64,000 nt of DNA from Candidatus Auribacterota bacterium (GTDB taxonomy: Bacteria > Auribacterota > JAFGBW01 > JAFGJP01): the NCBI GenBank assembly GCA_023144635.1, contig JAGLFH010000001.1, positions 10,324-74,323 on the forward strand. The letters are read 5' to 3'. This document shows positions 30,045-39,520 of the stretch, piece by piece. The position numbers were made by a program, and so were the translations under genes. The first letter of the stretch is position 1; every line of letters starts with the position of its first letter. Under the pieces are notes generated by a model. That model was not told where the DNA came from, ran no database searches, and saw only the letters and a program-made list of their open reading frames with translations.

Positions 30045-31769
30045 TTATTCATTTATATTTTCATTTACTGCAATTTTTTTAAGCTTTTTTTCCTCTTCAA
30101 TAATTGAATAGATCTTGATTGTTCTAGATTGTGCACCTTTTGATATCTTCCAAAACCAGCCTTTGCTATCCCAGCATTGTGCAAAGGGATATTCTTTTGT
30201 TATCTTTGAAAATATAGTTATTGATTCATTATATTTTTTTTGTTCTAAAAGAACTTCTCCTAATATGAAATAACATGTTGCAACATCATTTAACGCCCAG
30301 TAATTAAAGGCGCTGTCAAAGGGGGCAAAGTTGCTTAAAGATGCTTGTTGCTCTTTTGCATCTTTTTCATATATTGAAATACATTTTTTAGTAAATATAA
30401 TAGCTGCTGGAAGGTCTCCCATTTCATATGATTGCCAGGCTTTTGTCGTTAATGTAAGAGAAGTGTAATCACCGAAATCTATGCCGGATGTCATTACAAG
30501 CAGTTGATCCTCTGATGCTTCTTTTATGCTCCAGAACCAGCCTCTTGGATCCCAGCATTTTGCATCAGGGAAATTCATTATGATTTTACTAAAAGCATTT
30601 TTAGCTTCCTTGAATTCACCCTGGTTATATAGATTTTTTGCTAAAATAAAATAGCAAGCAGCAACATCATTTAAGGCCCAGAAAGCATGAGGAGATTCTT
30701 CTTTTAAAGATGATGTTGTTAATAATGATCTTTGCTGCTCTTTAGCTTTTTTCTCATACAAAGAAATGCATTTATTTGTATAGATCTTTAATTTATTCAT
30801 ATCATTATTTTCTAATGCCTTCCAGGCATTTGTCGTTAAATTGACTGATTTATAATCCTCAAAATTTACATCTGCTTTTTCTGAAAAAATATGGTCAGCT
30901 GCAGCCTTTCCAACATTCCAGAAGCCTTGTCTCGGATCCCAGCACATAGCATTTGGAAAGGTGCTGATAATATACTGAAAATATTGGTTAGACCTTTCCT
31001 TTTCATCCATTTTAAGTAATGAGCTTGCTTTTAAAAAATAACATACGGCAACATCGTTTAATGCCCATTTAATAAATATTTCATCGTCATTCAGTTTTTT
31101 TGAAGGATCGATGTTTTTCTGTTGTTCTAGAGCGGTAGGTTCATAAAGACCAATACATTTATTAACATAGATAAGTGTAGAAATATAGTCCTGCTTATTA
31201 AAAGTATTCCATGCTTTACTGGTAAGCGAGACAGATGAATAATTACCAAAGACAACACCTTTCTCCATTTCTATTAATTGATCTTTTGCGGCATCTGCTA
31301 CTTTCCAAAATATATTCAGTTCAGGCTCCCAGCATTGAGAGAACCCATAATTTTTTATGATCATAAGAAAGATTTCTTTAGCTTCATCGTCCTTATCAAT
31401 ATTTAAAAGAGATTTACCCTTTATAAAAAAGCATGTAGCAACATCATTTAATGCCCAGTAGCTATTAGCTGTTTCGCTAGGGTAGTAGGTTAGTGATTTT
31501 TGTTGCTGTTTTGCTTGATTATTAAAAATACTTATGCATTTATCAGTTAGTTTTATTGCTTGAGTAAAATTTTTTGCCTCAAGCATCTTCCATGCTTTTA
31601 GGGTAAGTGATCTTGATGAGCCGGAATCATTTGCTTTAGGATTTTGTGGTTTAATTGTGATGTATCTGTATTCTTCGGCAAAATTAGTGGAAGGGCATAG
31701 TAAAGTTATAAAAAATAGAAAAATATAGATTACTATTTTACTAAGAGGTGTCATATTTCTACTTAACAT
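30045..31769 (-). CDS. Secreted TPR-like protein with four WALND repeats (paralog 2)
   Basis: Four WALND...CW(D/E)P...FW repeats; signal peptide follows Met at 31769 or 31754, so the ORF-track start at 31970 runs through regulatory DNA. Confidence 0.82.
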   Translation of the reverse strand: MLSRNMTPLSKIVIYIFLFFITLLCPSTNFAEEYRYITIKPQNPKANDSGSSRSLTLKAWKMLEAKNFTQAIKLTDKCISIFNNQAKQQQKSLTYYPSETANSYWALNDVATCFFIKGKSLLNIDKDDEAKEIFLMIIKNYGFSQCWEPELNIFWKVADAAKDQLIEMEKGVVFGNYSSVSLTSKAWNTFNKQDYISTLIYVNKCIGLYEPTALEQQKNIDPSKKLNDDEIFIKWALNDVAVCYFLKASSLLKMDEKERSNQYFQYIISTFPNAMCWDPRQGFWNVGKAAADHIFSEKADVNFEDYKSVNLTTNAWKALENNDMNKLKIYTNKCISLYEKKAKEQQRSLLTTSSLKEESPHAFWALNDVAACYFILAKNLYNQGEFKEAKNAFSKIIMNFPDAKCWDPRGWFWSIKEASEDQLLVMTSGIDFGDYTSLTLTTKAWQSYEMGDLPAAIIFTKKCISIYEKDAKEQQASLSNFAPFDSAFNYWALNDVATCYFILGEVLLEQKKYNESITIFSKITKEYPFAQCWDSKGWFWKISKGAQSRTIKIYSIIEEEKKLKKIAVNENINE

Positions 31770-31853
31770 ATATTTACTGAAAAGTGAAGGGGCTTTTATT
31801 AAAGAATTAAAGAGTCCTGTTAAAACCTTTTTATAAGTAAAAAATGAAATCAA

Positions 31854-31969
31854 TGCAATCGTTTGCAATACTTTCAAAATAAAGCTAATATTTGTTAAGT
31901 TATTGATGTTATATAAGTTTGCATTCATTTGATGTATCCTTAAAATTCTAAATTCTGCAATCGTTTGCA
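31854..31969. promoter_or_regulatory. Two LacI-family operator-like palindromes TGCAATCGTTTGCA
   Basis: Identical 14-mers at 31854-31867 and 31956-31969, downstream of a consensus promoter. Confidence 0.78.
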
Positions 31970-31999
31970 TGTTTTAAATCTCAAATTTATCATTACTAT

Positions 32000-32028
32000 A
32001 GTATATTACAAAAAAAATGTGATGTCAA
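32000..32028 (-). promoter_or_regulatory. sigma70 promoter for repeat-protein paralog 2
   Basis: TTGACA-N17-TATACT. Confidence 0.75.
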
Positions 32029-32226
32029 GGCCATTTTGTGATTTAGTTAATGTTTTTAAATTAAAATGTTATATATAAATAATACTGATTACATCAATTA
32101 TTGGGTAACATCATTGATGCAGGATGGGGTTAAAGTGAGCATTTTGACAAAAATAAGTGTAATAATCTACAAATGAACAATTTTTATTTTGGATTCTGTA
32201 GGCTTTTTATTAAATTTTGTTGGTTT

Positions 32227-33837
32227 CTATTTTTTAGAAGACACCTTTTTGTATTCTGAACGGGCTGCCACAGCTATTTTCCAGTAAAATCCCTTTTTAT
32301 CCCAGGCTTGTGCAAAAGAGTACTTATCAAGAACTTTTTTGAAAGAATCTGCAGATTTTTTCCACATCATTTTTTCCTGATAAGCTTTCCCCATAATAAA
32401 ATAACATGTTCCTACATCATTTAGGGCCCAGTATTCTTTTGCTGCTTTTTTTCTTGGAAAAGAAGAAAGAGAACTTTGTTGTTTATCAGCTTCTTTTGAA
32501 TAAGAACTTATACATTTTTTAGCAAATATAAAAGCAATATCATGTTTTCTCTCATTAAGAGCTTCCCATGCTTTTCCTGTTAAATATGCAGATGTCGAGT
32601 CACCAAAGTCAATACCTGTTTCCATCATAATTATCTGGTCCTTCGCGGCTTCAGATACGCGCCAGAACCATCCGCTTGTATCAAAACATTGAGCATATGG
32701 AAAAAGTTTAATTATTTTATTATAAATTTTCTTTGCTTTATCATTTTTTTTCTGTTTTTGAAACCCTTTTGCTTTTATAAAATAGCAGGTTGCAACGTCA
32801 TTTAATGCCCAATTTTTATGAACATCATCACCTGTCGGAAGACTTTTAAGTCGTTTCTGCTGAGCTTTTGCATGTTTTTGATACATTTTTATGCATTTAT
32901 TAGTGTAGATATCCAGCACCTTATAATTTTTTGCTTCAAAAGCTTGCCATGCTTTCCCTGTTAATTCATTTGATTTGTAATGTCCAAAATCAATGTTATA
33001 TTTGATCATTAAAAGCTCGTCACCTGCAGCATCTGCAACTTTCCAAAAATATCCTTTTGGATTCCAGCATTGTGCAAATTGATAATTGTTTAAGATGTCC
33101 TCAAAGAGCTTTTTGGCTTTTTCTTTCTTTTTTTGCTTTAAAAGTATTTTACCTTTTATGAATTTACACGTTGTCACATCATTAAGTGCCCAGTAGTTAA
33201 AAGCAGTTTTCTTTTTAGCAAAAGAGTTAAGTGATGCTTGTTGCTCTTTTGCTGTTTTATCATATATTTCAATACATTTATCTATGTAGATAAATGCTTT
33301 TTTATTTTTATTACTTTTGAATGCCTTCCATGCACTTTTTGTAAGGTTTTCAGATTTATAATCCCCAAAATCAATATTTTGCTTTATTGAAATTATCTGA
33401 TCTTTGGCAGCAGTTGTCACTTTCCAGAAAAACTTTCCTCCTTCATCCCAGCTTTGAGCATACGGGAAAAGATCTATAACATCCTGAAAAATCCTTTTTG
33501 CTTCACTTTTGCGGTTCATCTTTTGCAAAGCCTTACCTTTTAAGAGAAAACAAGCTGCTACATCATTAAGAGCCCAATAAGATGCTGCTTCATCTTCTGG
33601 TGCAAAATCAGAAAGGGGTCTTTGTTGCTCTATTGCTTTTTCTGAATACTCAGAGATACATTTTTCTGCATAAACAATTGTGTTCTTATATTTATTCTTA
33701 AGAAAGGCAAGAGATGCCTTTTCATAAAGTACTGCTGATGAACCATCTCCAAAATCATATTCTTCAGCATAAAGATTTGAAAAGGAATATAGAAAACAAA
33801 AAGAGAGCAGAAAAAAAAATAACAGTATTTTTTTCAT
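32227..33837 (-). CDS. Secreted TPR-like protein with four WALND repeats (paralog 3, Lys-rich)
   Basis: MKKILLFFFLL..LYA signal peptide and four WALND repeats; start ATG 33837 after CAGGAG (ORF track starts at 33870). Confidence 0.85.
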   Translation of the reverse strand: MKKILLFFFLLSFCFLYSFSNLYAEEYDFGDGSSAVLYEKASLAFLKNKYKNTIVYAEKCISEYSEKAIEQQRPLSDFAPEDEAASYWALNDVAACFLLKGKALQKMNRKSEAKRIFQDVIDLFPYAQSWDEGGKFFWKVTTAAKDQIISIKQNIDFGDYKSENLTKSAWKAFKSNKNKKAFIYIDKCIEIYDKTAKEQQASLNSFAKKKTAFNYWALNDVTTCKFIKGKILLKQKKKEKAKKLFEDILNNYQFAQCWNPKGYFWKVADAAGDELLMIKYNIDFGHYKSNELTGKAWQAFEAKNYKVLDIYTNKCIKMYQKHAKAQQKRLKSLPTGDDVHKNWALNDVATCYFIKAKGFQKQKKNDKAKKIYNKIIKLFPYAQCFDTSGWFWRVSEAAKDQIIMMETGIDFGDSTSAYLTGKAWEALNERKHDIAFIFAKKCISSYSKEADKQQSSLSSFPRKKAAKEYWALNDVGTCYFIMGKAYQEKMMWKKSADSFKKVLDKYSFAQAWDKKGFYWKIAVAARSEYKKVSSKK

Positions 33838-33968
33838 TTTTAACTCCTGAAAATAAAAATTATTTTGCAATGATGGATTTAACTTTCTTTAAAGATTAAA
33901 CGACTATTAAAAGAACTTTTTATTTTTTAAAATTAAATTATATATGTATTAAGCTGAACTATATATTT

Positions 33969-34140
33969 CGCAAGTTAAGTGTACCACAGATGTAAGGAAT
34001 CAAATATTAACATTTAATGTATGTCCGCCAAAGGCGGATCCGCCTTTGGCGGACAAATGTTTAATGACGAAGCAGATGTAGTGCAATCAGCTTGCCTTCG
34101 GTAAAAAAAGCCGAAATAATCTATCTGTTTCCTTTAAAAA
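33969..34140 (-). repeat. Divergent family A-like repeat with a perfect 34-bp CCGCC palindrome at its centre (34022-34055)
   Basis: TGTCCGCCAAAGGCGGATCCGCCTTTGGCGGACA; ACGAAGCAGATG end motif; flank resembles 8307-8355. Confidence 0.65.
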
Positions 34141-34246
34141 AAGCACGTATAAGAGTTGTTAATATATTTAAAACTGTTTTTTTAGTGATACTGATTAAAA
34201 AAATAATAAACAAATGTTTCTTTGGCTCTTTTTACAAAATATAAAG

Positions 34247-35176
34247 TTAACCTTTAACTGCTCCAGCAGTAATACCCTTAATAATGTACTTTTGCATGCA
34301 AAGGTATAATATGACAATAGGAATTATCGTGATAGTCATTCCTGCCATTAAAACCGGATATTGAGTTACAACTGATCCTTGAAATTTCATCAAAGCAACT
34401 GGAAGAGGCATTCGTGAGATATCGCTGAAAATTAGATTTGCCCATAAGAACTCATTCCATATTGTCAATGCGTTAAATATAACTATTACACCTAAAGCTG
34501 ATTTTGCAAGAGGAAGCGCTACATGCCAGTATACTCCGAATTTAGAGCATCCGTCTATTCTTGCTGCTTCTTCTAGTTCAGGAGGCATTTTGTCAAAAAA
34601 TGTTTTAAGCATGTATATTGCAAAAGAAAGGTTCATAGCAATTTGAGGCATAATGAATCCAAGGCGTGTATTAATGCCTATAATTGTTATATTTATAGGA
34701 TCTTTTAAAAAAGAAAGTCCAATAAAACTTAGATCAATTGTAAAAGATGTAAGATCACCAAGCTTGTTTACCAATACATAAAGTGCAAGAAAGATACCAG
34801 GAATAGGTAACATCATATAAGCTAAAAATCCATAAAAAAGAATATTTTTACCTGGAAATTCAAGACGCGAAAATGCATATGCAGCAAGTGATGAGACCAA
34901 AACAACTCCTATTATGACCGTAACAGTATAAAAACATGAGTTAAAGAAAGCTATTCCGAATTTACCTTCTATCAATGCTTTGGTGTAATTACTGATCTCA
35001 AAAGTTTTTGGTATGAGACCCATATCTTCAAAGATCATTTCCTGTGTTTTAAGTGATGAAGATATCATCCATGCAACTGGAAATATACATGTGATAGAAA
35101 CCAGGATCAAAGAAAAATGTATCCCTATCGTTACAAAAGGATTTTTTCTCTTTTTCAATATACTATAAGATTCCAT
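34247..35176 (-). CDS. Carbohydrate ABC transporter permease (MalG-like)
   Basis: AAYAFSRLEFPG, ELEEAARIDG, WNEF and ITAGAVKG. Confidence 0.95.
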   Translation of the reverse strand: MESYSILKKRKNPFVTIGIHFSLILVSITCIFPVAWMISSSLKTQEMIFEDMGLIPKTFEISNYTKALIEGKFGIAFFNSCFYTVTVIIGVVLVSSLAAYAFSRLEFPGKNILFYGFLAYMMLPIPGIFLALYVLVNKLGDLTSFTIDLSFIGLSFLKDPINITIIGINTRLGFIMPQIAMNLSFAIYMLKTFFDKMPPELEEAARIDGCSKFGVYWHVALPLAKSALGVIVIFNALTIWNEFLWANLIFSDISRMPLPVALMKFQGSVVTQYPVLMAGMTITIIPIVILYLCMQKYIIKGITAGAVKG

Positions 35177-35177
35177 A

Positions 35178-36095
35178 TTATAGATCTTTCTGCATGTGTT
35201 TAGATACTTTTATCTGAATCATTGAAAGGATAAGCAGCATTGCTCCAAAAACAAGTCCGCGTGCGCATGCGTATCCAAAACGGTTTTCTCCGCGCATCGA
35301 AGCCAGGATCCTTGTTATCGGTACTTCAGTATAGTACTCTGGTCCTCCATTTGTCATTGAAACGATAAGATCATATATCTGCATTGTCCCTAATATTGTT
35401 AAAATAGAAACCAGAATAAAAACCGGCATCATAAGAGGGCATGTGATATGAATGAATTTATGCCATGTTTCGGCACCGTCGACTTCTGCTGCCTCATATA
35501 ACTGTGAGTCAATGCTTTGGAGGCCGGCAAGAAGAATAATAAATCCCCAGCCAAATCCGCGCCACATATGTATTATTGCAACGGAGTATAGAGCAGTATC
35601 AGGGTCCGCAAGCCATGCCATATTCTCAAAACGCGTAATACCTAAAAAAGTAAAAAGATGGTTTAAAAGGCCATGATGTCCGTTATATATCCATTGCCAG
35701 ATAAGGCCTATGACAATTCCTGAAAGTACAGGTGGAAGAAAGAAGATAACTCTGTAGATATTGCCGCCTCTTATACCTCTATCTACAGCCATTGCAAGCA
35801 AAAGAGCAAGCACGTTTTGTATAGTCAAAGCAAGGATAGTTATAATACCTGCATGCCAAACAGATTGCCACCAGAGTTTGTCATTTGTAAATATTTCAAT
35901 AAAGTGTTTTATACCTATAAACTTTGCTTGGTCTAAAGGAGATATTCCGTTCCATTCAAAAAAGCTGAGTTTTAGAATAAGAAATAACGGATACACATTA
36001 AAGAGTGAAAAAATAATAATAGCAGGTAAAACAAAAGAAAAGTTTCCAATTTTTAACTTATGGAATAATTTTTGTTTAACTTCTAAAGTATCCAT
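35178..36095 (-). CDS. Carbohydrate ABC transporter permease (MalF-like)
   Basis: YRVIFFLP, LAGLQSI...LYEAAEVDGA, GGP and GYA. Confidence 0.95.
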   Translation of the reverse strand: MDTLEVKQKLFHKLKIGNFSFVLPAIIIFSLFNVYPLFLILKLSFFEWNGISPLDQAKFIGIKHFIEIFTNDKLWWQSVWHAGIITILALTIQNVLALLLAMAVDRGIRGGNIYRVIFFLPPVLSGIVIGLIWQWIYNGHHGLLNHLFTFLGITRFENMAWLADPDTALYSVAIIHMWRGFGWGFIILLAGLQSIDSQLYEAAEVDGAETWHKFIHITCPLMMPVFILVSILTILGTMQIYDLIVSMTNGGPEYYTEVPITRILASMRGENRFGYACARGLVFGAMLLILSMIQIKVSKHMQKDL

Positions 36096-36133
36096 TTATT
36101 TATCTTTTTTTTTAAATTTGAAAAAAAAATTAA

Positions 36134-37444
36134 TTATTTTTTCATTAAACTTTTTTTAAGAGCCTGCACTTCATCAGCTACTTGGGTAGGTGTCTTTTTT
36201 TCAATAATAATTGCCTGAATACCTTTTGCGATCTTTTCAAGAACCCTTGTATGTTCATAGAAATCCATCGTCTGAGGATGAAACATCTTGTCCATATCAT
36301 CTACAAATTCGGCTAATAGACTGTCTGCTCCACCTTCGAATGTATTTTTATTAGATGGCAAATTGTTTGTTTTTTCGGCTAAAAAAATCTGCTGTTCTTT
36401 AGCAGTTATCCACTTAAGAAAGGCAACGGCAGCATCTCTCTTTTTTGATCTTGAATTTATGAAAAAAGATGAACCTGCTCCACCCTGTATCATTACAGGA
36501 TTTTCAGGGTTTATCTTTGGAGGCAGCATTGTACCGTAATCCAGTTTAGGATTCATTCCCTTGTAGACATTAACAGACCATGAGCCGTTATATGTAATAG
36601 CAGCATCTTCCTGTGCAAAATATCTTTCTCCCTGTTTGTTGACCATGCTGACTATTCCGCTTATAAAAAAGTTCTTATTTGACATTTCTTCAAAAAGTGA
36701 AAAGATCTTTATCCAGTCAGGATCATTATAAGGAACATCACCCTTAATCGTGTTTTCAAATTTTTCATATCCCATCAGATTAATTGCAAAACACGAAGTG
36801 AGGCTGTTAATAAGCCATATTTCTCCAAAACCTGCAACAAAAGGTGCAAAGCCTGCTTCCCTTATTTTTGCGCCAGCTTCAAGCAATTCTTCCCATGTTT
36901 GAGGTGGATTTTCAGGATCCAATCCTGCTTTTTTGAAAATATCTTTGTTATAAAGAAGCTGAATATTTGTAACATCAATTGGAATACCGTAAATGCCCGG
37001 TTCTATATTAGAACGATTGTTTTTCTTAAATTCGTTTGTTTCAAGAGATTCATAAAAAAAAGTATTTCGCCATTTAGCATCATTTTCATCAAGATATGGT
37101 GTCATGTCAGGAACATAACCGGCACTTACAAAAATAGAAATGTCCTGTGATTCTCCCAAAATACCATAAATATCCGGTAAATTATTTGTTTGCGCTGCAG
37201 CTCTTACTTTTTGAGTATAAACATCTGATGGAGCATAAAGTTCAAATTTAACTTCCATTCCGGTCTGTTCCTCATATCTTTTTGCCAGTTCCTGAAATGT
37301 CTGATCACGGTCTGTCATCCAATGCCAAATAATTATGCTCTTAGAACTCTTTGCTGAAGTCCTTTTGCTGCAACCAATTATTAATGGCACGATCATAACC
37401 AGAACAAAGATACTCAAAAAATATCCAAAAAACCTTCTTTTCAT
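36134..37444 (-). CDS. Carbohydrate ABC transporter solute-binding lipoprotein
   Basis: Lipobox LIIGC, YGIP, LLYNKDIFKKAGLDPENPPQTWEEL and GSW. Confidence 0.92.
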   Translation of the reverse strand: MKRRFFGYFLSIFVLVMIVPLIIGCSKRTSAKSSKSIIIWHWMTDRDQTFQELAKRYEEQTGMEVKFELYAPSDVYTQKVRAAAQTNNLPDIYGILGESQDISIFVSAGYVPDMTPYLDENDAKWRNTFFYESLETNEFKKNNRSNIEPGIYGIPIDVTNIQLLYNKDIFKKAGLDPENPPQTWEELLEAGAKIREAGFAPFVAGFGEIWLINSLTSCFAINLMGYEKFENTIKGDVPYNDPDWIKIFSLFEEMSNKNFFISGIVSMVNKQGERYFAQEDAAITYNGSWSVNVYKGMNPKLDYGTMLPPKINPENPVMIQGGAGSSFFINSRSKKRDAAVAFLKWITAKEQQIFLAEKTNNLPSNKNTFEGGADSLLAEFVDDMDKMFHPQTMDFYEHTRVLEKIAKGIQAIIIEKKTPTQVADEVQALKKSLMKK

Positions 37445-37464
37445 CTTTACTACTCCTTTAATAA

Positions 37465-39258
37465 TTAAAATTTATATTGAAAAATCTCAGGTAAATATTT
37501 TTCAACACATTTATTTGCAAGTGAACTTATTTCCTCAGGAGTCTCCATTTTCATTATCCTGTCTACTACTTGTTTCATTTCGCTAAAATCAAGATTACGT
37601 ATCAATGTCTTGATCTCTGGTATAGAAAACGGACTCATGCTGAGCTCGTCTATTCCCATGGCTACAAGAAAAACAACAGATGCCGGATCACCGGCCATCT
37701 CGCCGCACATACTTACTGTAATTCCTGCATCGTGAGCAGCATCAATAACCCTTTTTACAAGGCGAAGTACAGCAGGGTGCATCGGATCATAAAGATATGC
37801 GATCTTTTCATTTACTCTGTCGACAGCAAGAGAATATTGAATTAAGTCATTTGTTCCTATGCTGAAAAAGTCTACATGCTTTGCCATAATATCGGCAGTA
37901 ATTGCTGCTGATGGGATCTCTATCATGGCTCCAACAGGCATGTTCTCATCAAAATGTTTGTTTTCTTTTTTTAATTCTTCTTTTGCCTCATCGAGAATTA
38001 CTTTTGCTTGTTTTATCTCATTTATTCCGGATATCATTGGATACATCATTTTTACGTTTCCAAATTCACTGGCGCGCAGAATAGCTTTCAACTGTGTTTT
38101 AAATATATCGTGTCTTTCAAGGCAAAATCTTATTGCTCTCCATCCTAGGAAGGGGTTCATCTCTTTTGGCAGCTGAAGGTGACTTAAAAATTTATCACCT
38201 CCCATATCCATTGTTCTTATTACAACGCTTTTAGGAGCCATGGCTTCAGCGGCTTTACGGTATGCTATGTATTGCTCTTCTTCAGAAGGAAGATCAGACC
38301 TGTTCATGTAAATGAATTCTGTACGATAAAGTCCGATTCCTTTTGCTCCATGACTTATAATTGATGGAATATCTTCCGGCATTTCAATGTTTGCTTGAAG
38401 AACAACAGTTTTCCCGTCTTTAGTGACGGACGGAAGGTCTCTTACAGATTCAAGATGCTTTTCATAGTCAAGGAACTGAAATTTTTTGTCTGTATAAAAC
38501 TGTTTTGTGTTATCAGAAGGATTAACATAAACGATACCTTTATTACCATCAATTATTATATCATCGCCAGTCAAAACCTGTTGGCTTAAATTATGTAAAC
38601 CAACTACTGCAGGAATTCCGATAGAACGTGCCATAATGGCAGTATGAGATGTTTTCCCGCCTATATCTGTAGCAAAGGCAATTACATTGTCCTTATGCAT
38701 AAGGGCTGTATCAGAAGGGCTTAGATCAAAAGCAATAACAATGACCTCATCTTCGAGTGTACTTAGATCTTTTCTTCTTTTTCCAAGAAGATTATGGAGA
38801 ACACGTTTACCTACATCTTGAATATCGCTAATTCGTTCTTTAAGATAATCATCTTCTATCTCTGAAAAAGCACGAACATATTTTTCCATTACATTTATGA
38901 AAACAAATTCTACATTTACTTTACTTGCTTCTATTTCCTTGATAATTTCTTCTAAAAATGTCCTGTCTTCAAGAACCAGAAGATGTGCATTAAATATTTC
39001 GGCATGTGTTACTCCAATGCTGTCAGCTATTTTCTTTTGTATCTCAGTTATCTCTCTGCGGGTTTCTATAAGAGCCTTTTCAAGCCTGACGATTTCAATA
39101 GGTATATCAGCTTCAGTCAGCTGTTTTTTGGTGATGGTGTCTTCTTCATGGTCAAAAACATATGTTTTACCGGCTGCAATTCCCGGTGAAACAGGTATAC
39201 CGTGATATACTCTTTCCTCACTCATTATATATTTCCTATTCTTCTCCGAATTTATCAT
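37465..39258 (-). CDS. ptsI: PTS enzyme I
   Basis: GGKTSHTAIMARS, GIGLYRTEF, NPFLGWRAIR, FSIGTNDL and CGEMAG; true start probably 39225. Confidence 0.97.
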   Translation of the reverse strand: MINSEKNRKYIMSEERVYHGIPVSPGIAAGKTYVFDHEEDTITKKQLTEADIPIEIVRLEKALIETRREITEIQKKIADSIGVTHAEIFNAHLLVLEDRTFLEEIIKEIEASKVNVEFVFINVMEKYVRAFSEIEDDYLKERISDIQDVGKRVLHNLLGKRRKDLSTLEDEVIVIAFDLSPSDTALMHKDNVIAFATDIGGKTSHTAIMARSIGIPAVVGLHNLSQQVLTGDDIIIDGNKGIVYVNPSDNTKQFYTDKKFQFLDYEKHLESVRDLPSVTKDGKTVVLQANIEMPEDIPSIISHGAKGIGLYRTEFIYMNRSDLPSEEEQYIAYRKAAEAMAPKSVVIRTMDMGGDKFLSHLQLPKEMNPFLGWRAIRFCLERHDIFKTQLKAILRASEFGNVKMMYPMISGINEIKQAKVILDEAKEELKKENKHFDENMPVGAMIEIPSAAITADIMAKHVDFFSIGTNDLIQYSLAVDRVNEKIAYLYDPMHPAVLRLVKRVIDAAHDAGITVSMCGEMAGDPASVVFLVAMGIDELSMSPFSIPEIKTLIRNLDFSEMKQVVDRIMKMETPEEISSLANKCVEKYLPEIFQYKF

Positions 39259-39520
39259 TTATCAGTTTTTCGATCTCCTGCAAAGCTTCCTTTGAATCAG
39301 GTCCAACTGATATTATGGTTATTTCAGAGCCCTTACCGGCAGCAAGCATCATCATACCCATGATGCTTTTCCCGTTAACTGCCTCACTGTTCTTTTCAAC
39401 AGTAATGTCTGCTTCGAATCTATTAGCACACTTCACAAACATTGCTACTGGCCTTGCATGAAGTCCAAGCTTATTCTGTATCGTGAACTTTTTTATTGTT
39501 GGTGTAAAATCTTCTGTCAT
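39236..39520 (-). CDS. ptsH: Phosphocarrier protein HPr
   Basis: NKLGLHARP (His15) and NGKSIMG (Ser46); start uncertain (39520 or 39517). Confidence 0.95.
   Translation of the reverse strand: MTEDFTPTIKKFTIQNKLGLHARPVAMFVKCANRFEADITVEKNSEAVNGKSIMGMMMLAAGKGSEITIISVGPDSKEALQEIEKLINDKFGEE

Noticed and set aside
31770-31970. N-terminal 67 aa of ORF 30045-31970
   Set aside because: It spans two operator palindromes (translated as QTIA twice), and the signal peptide begins only after Met68/Met73.
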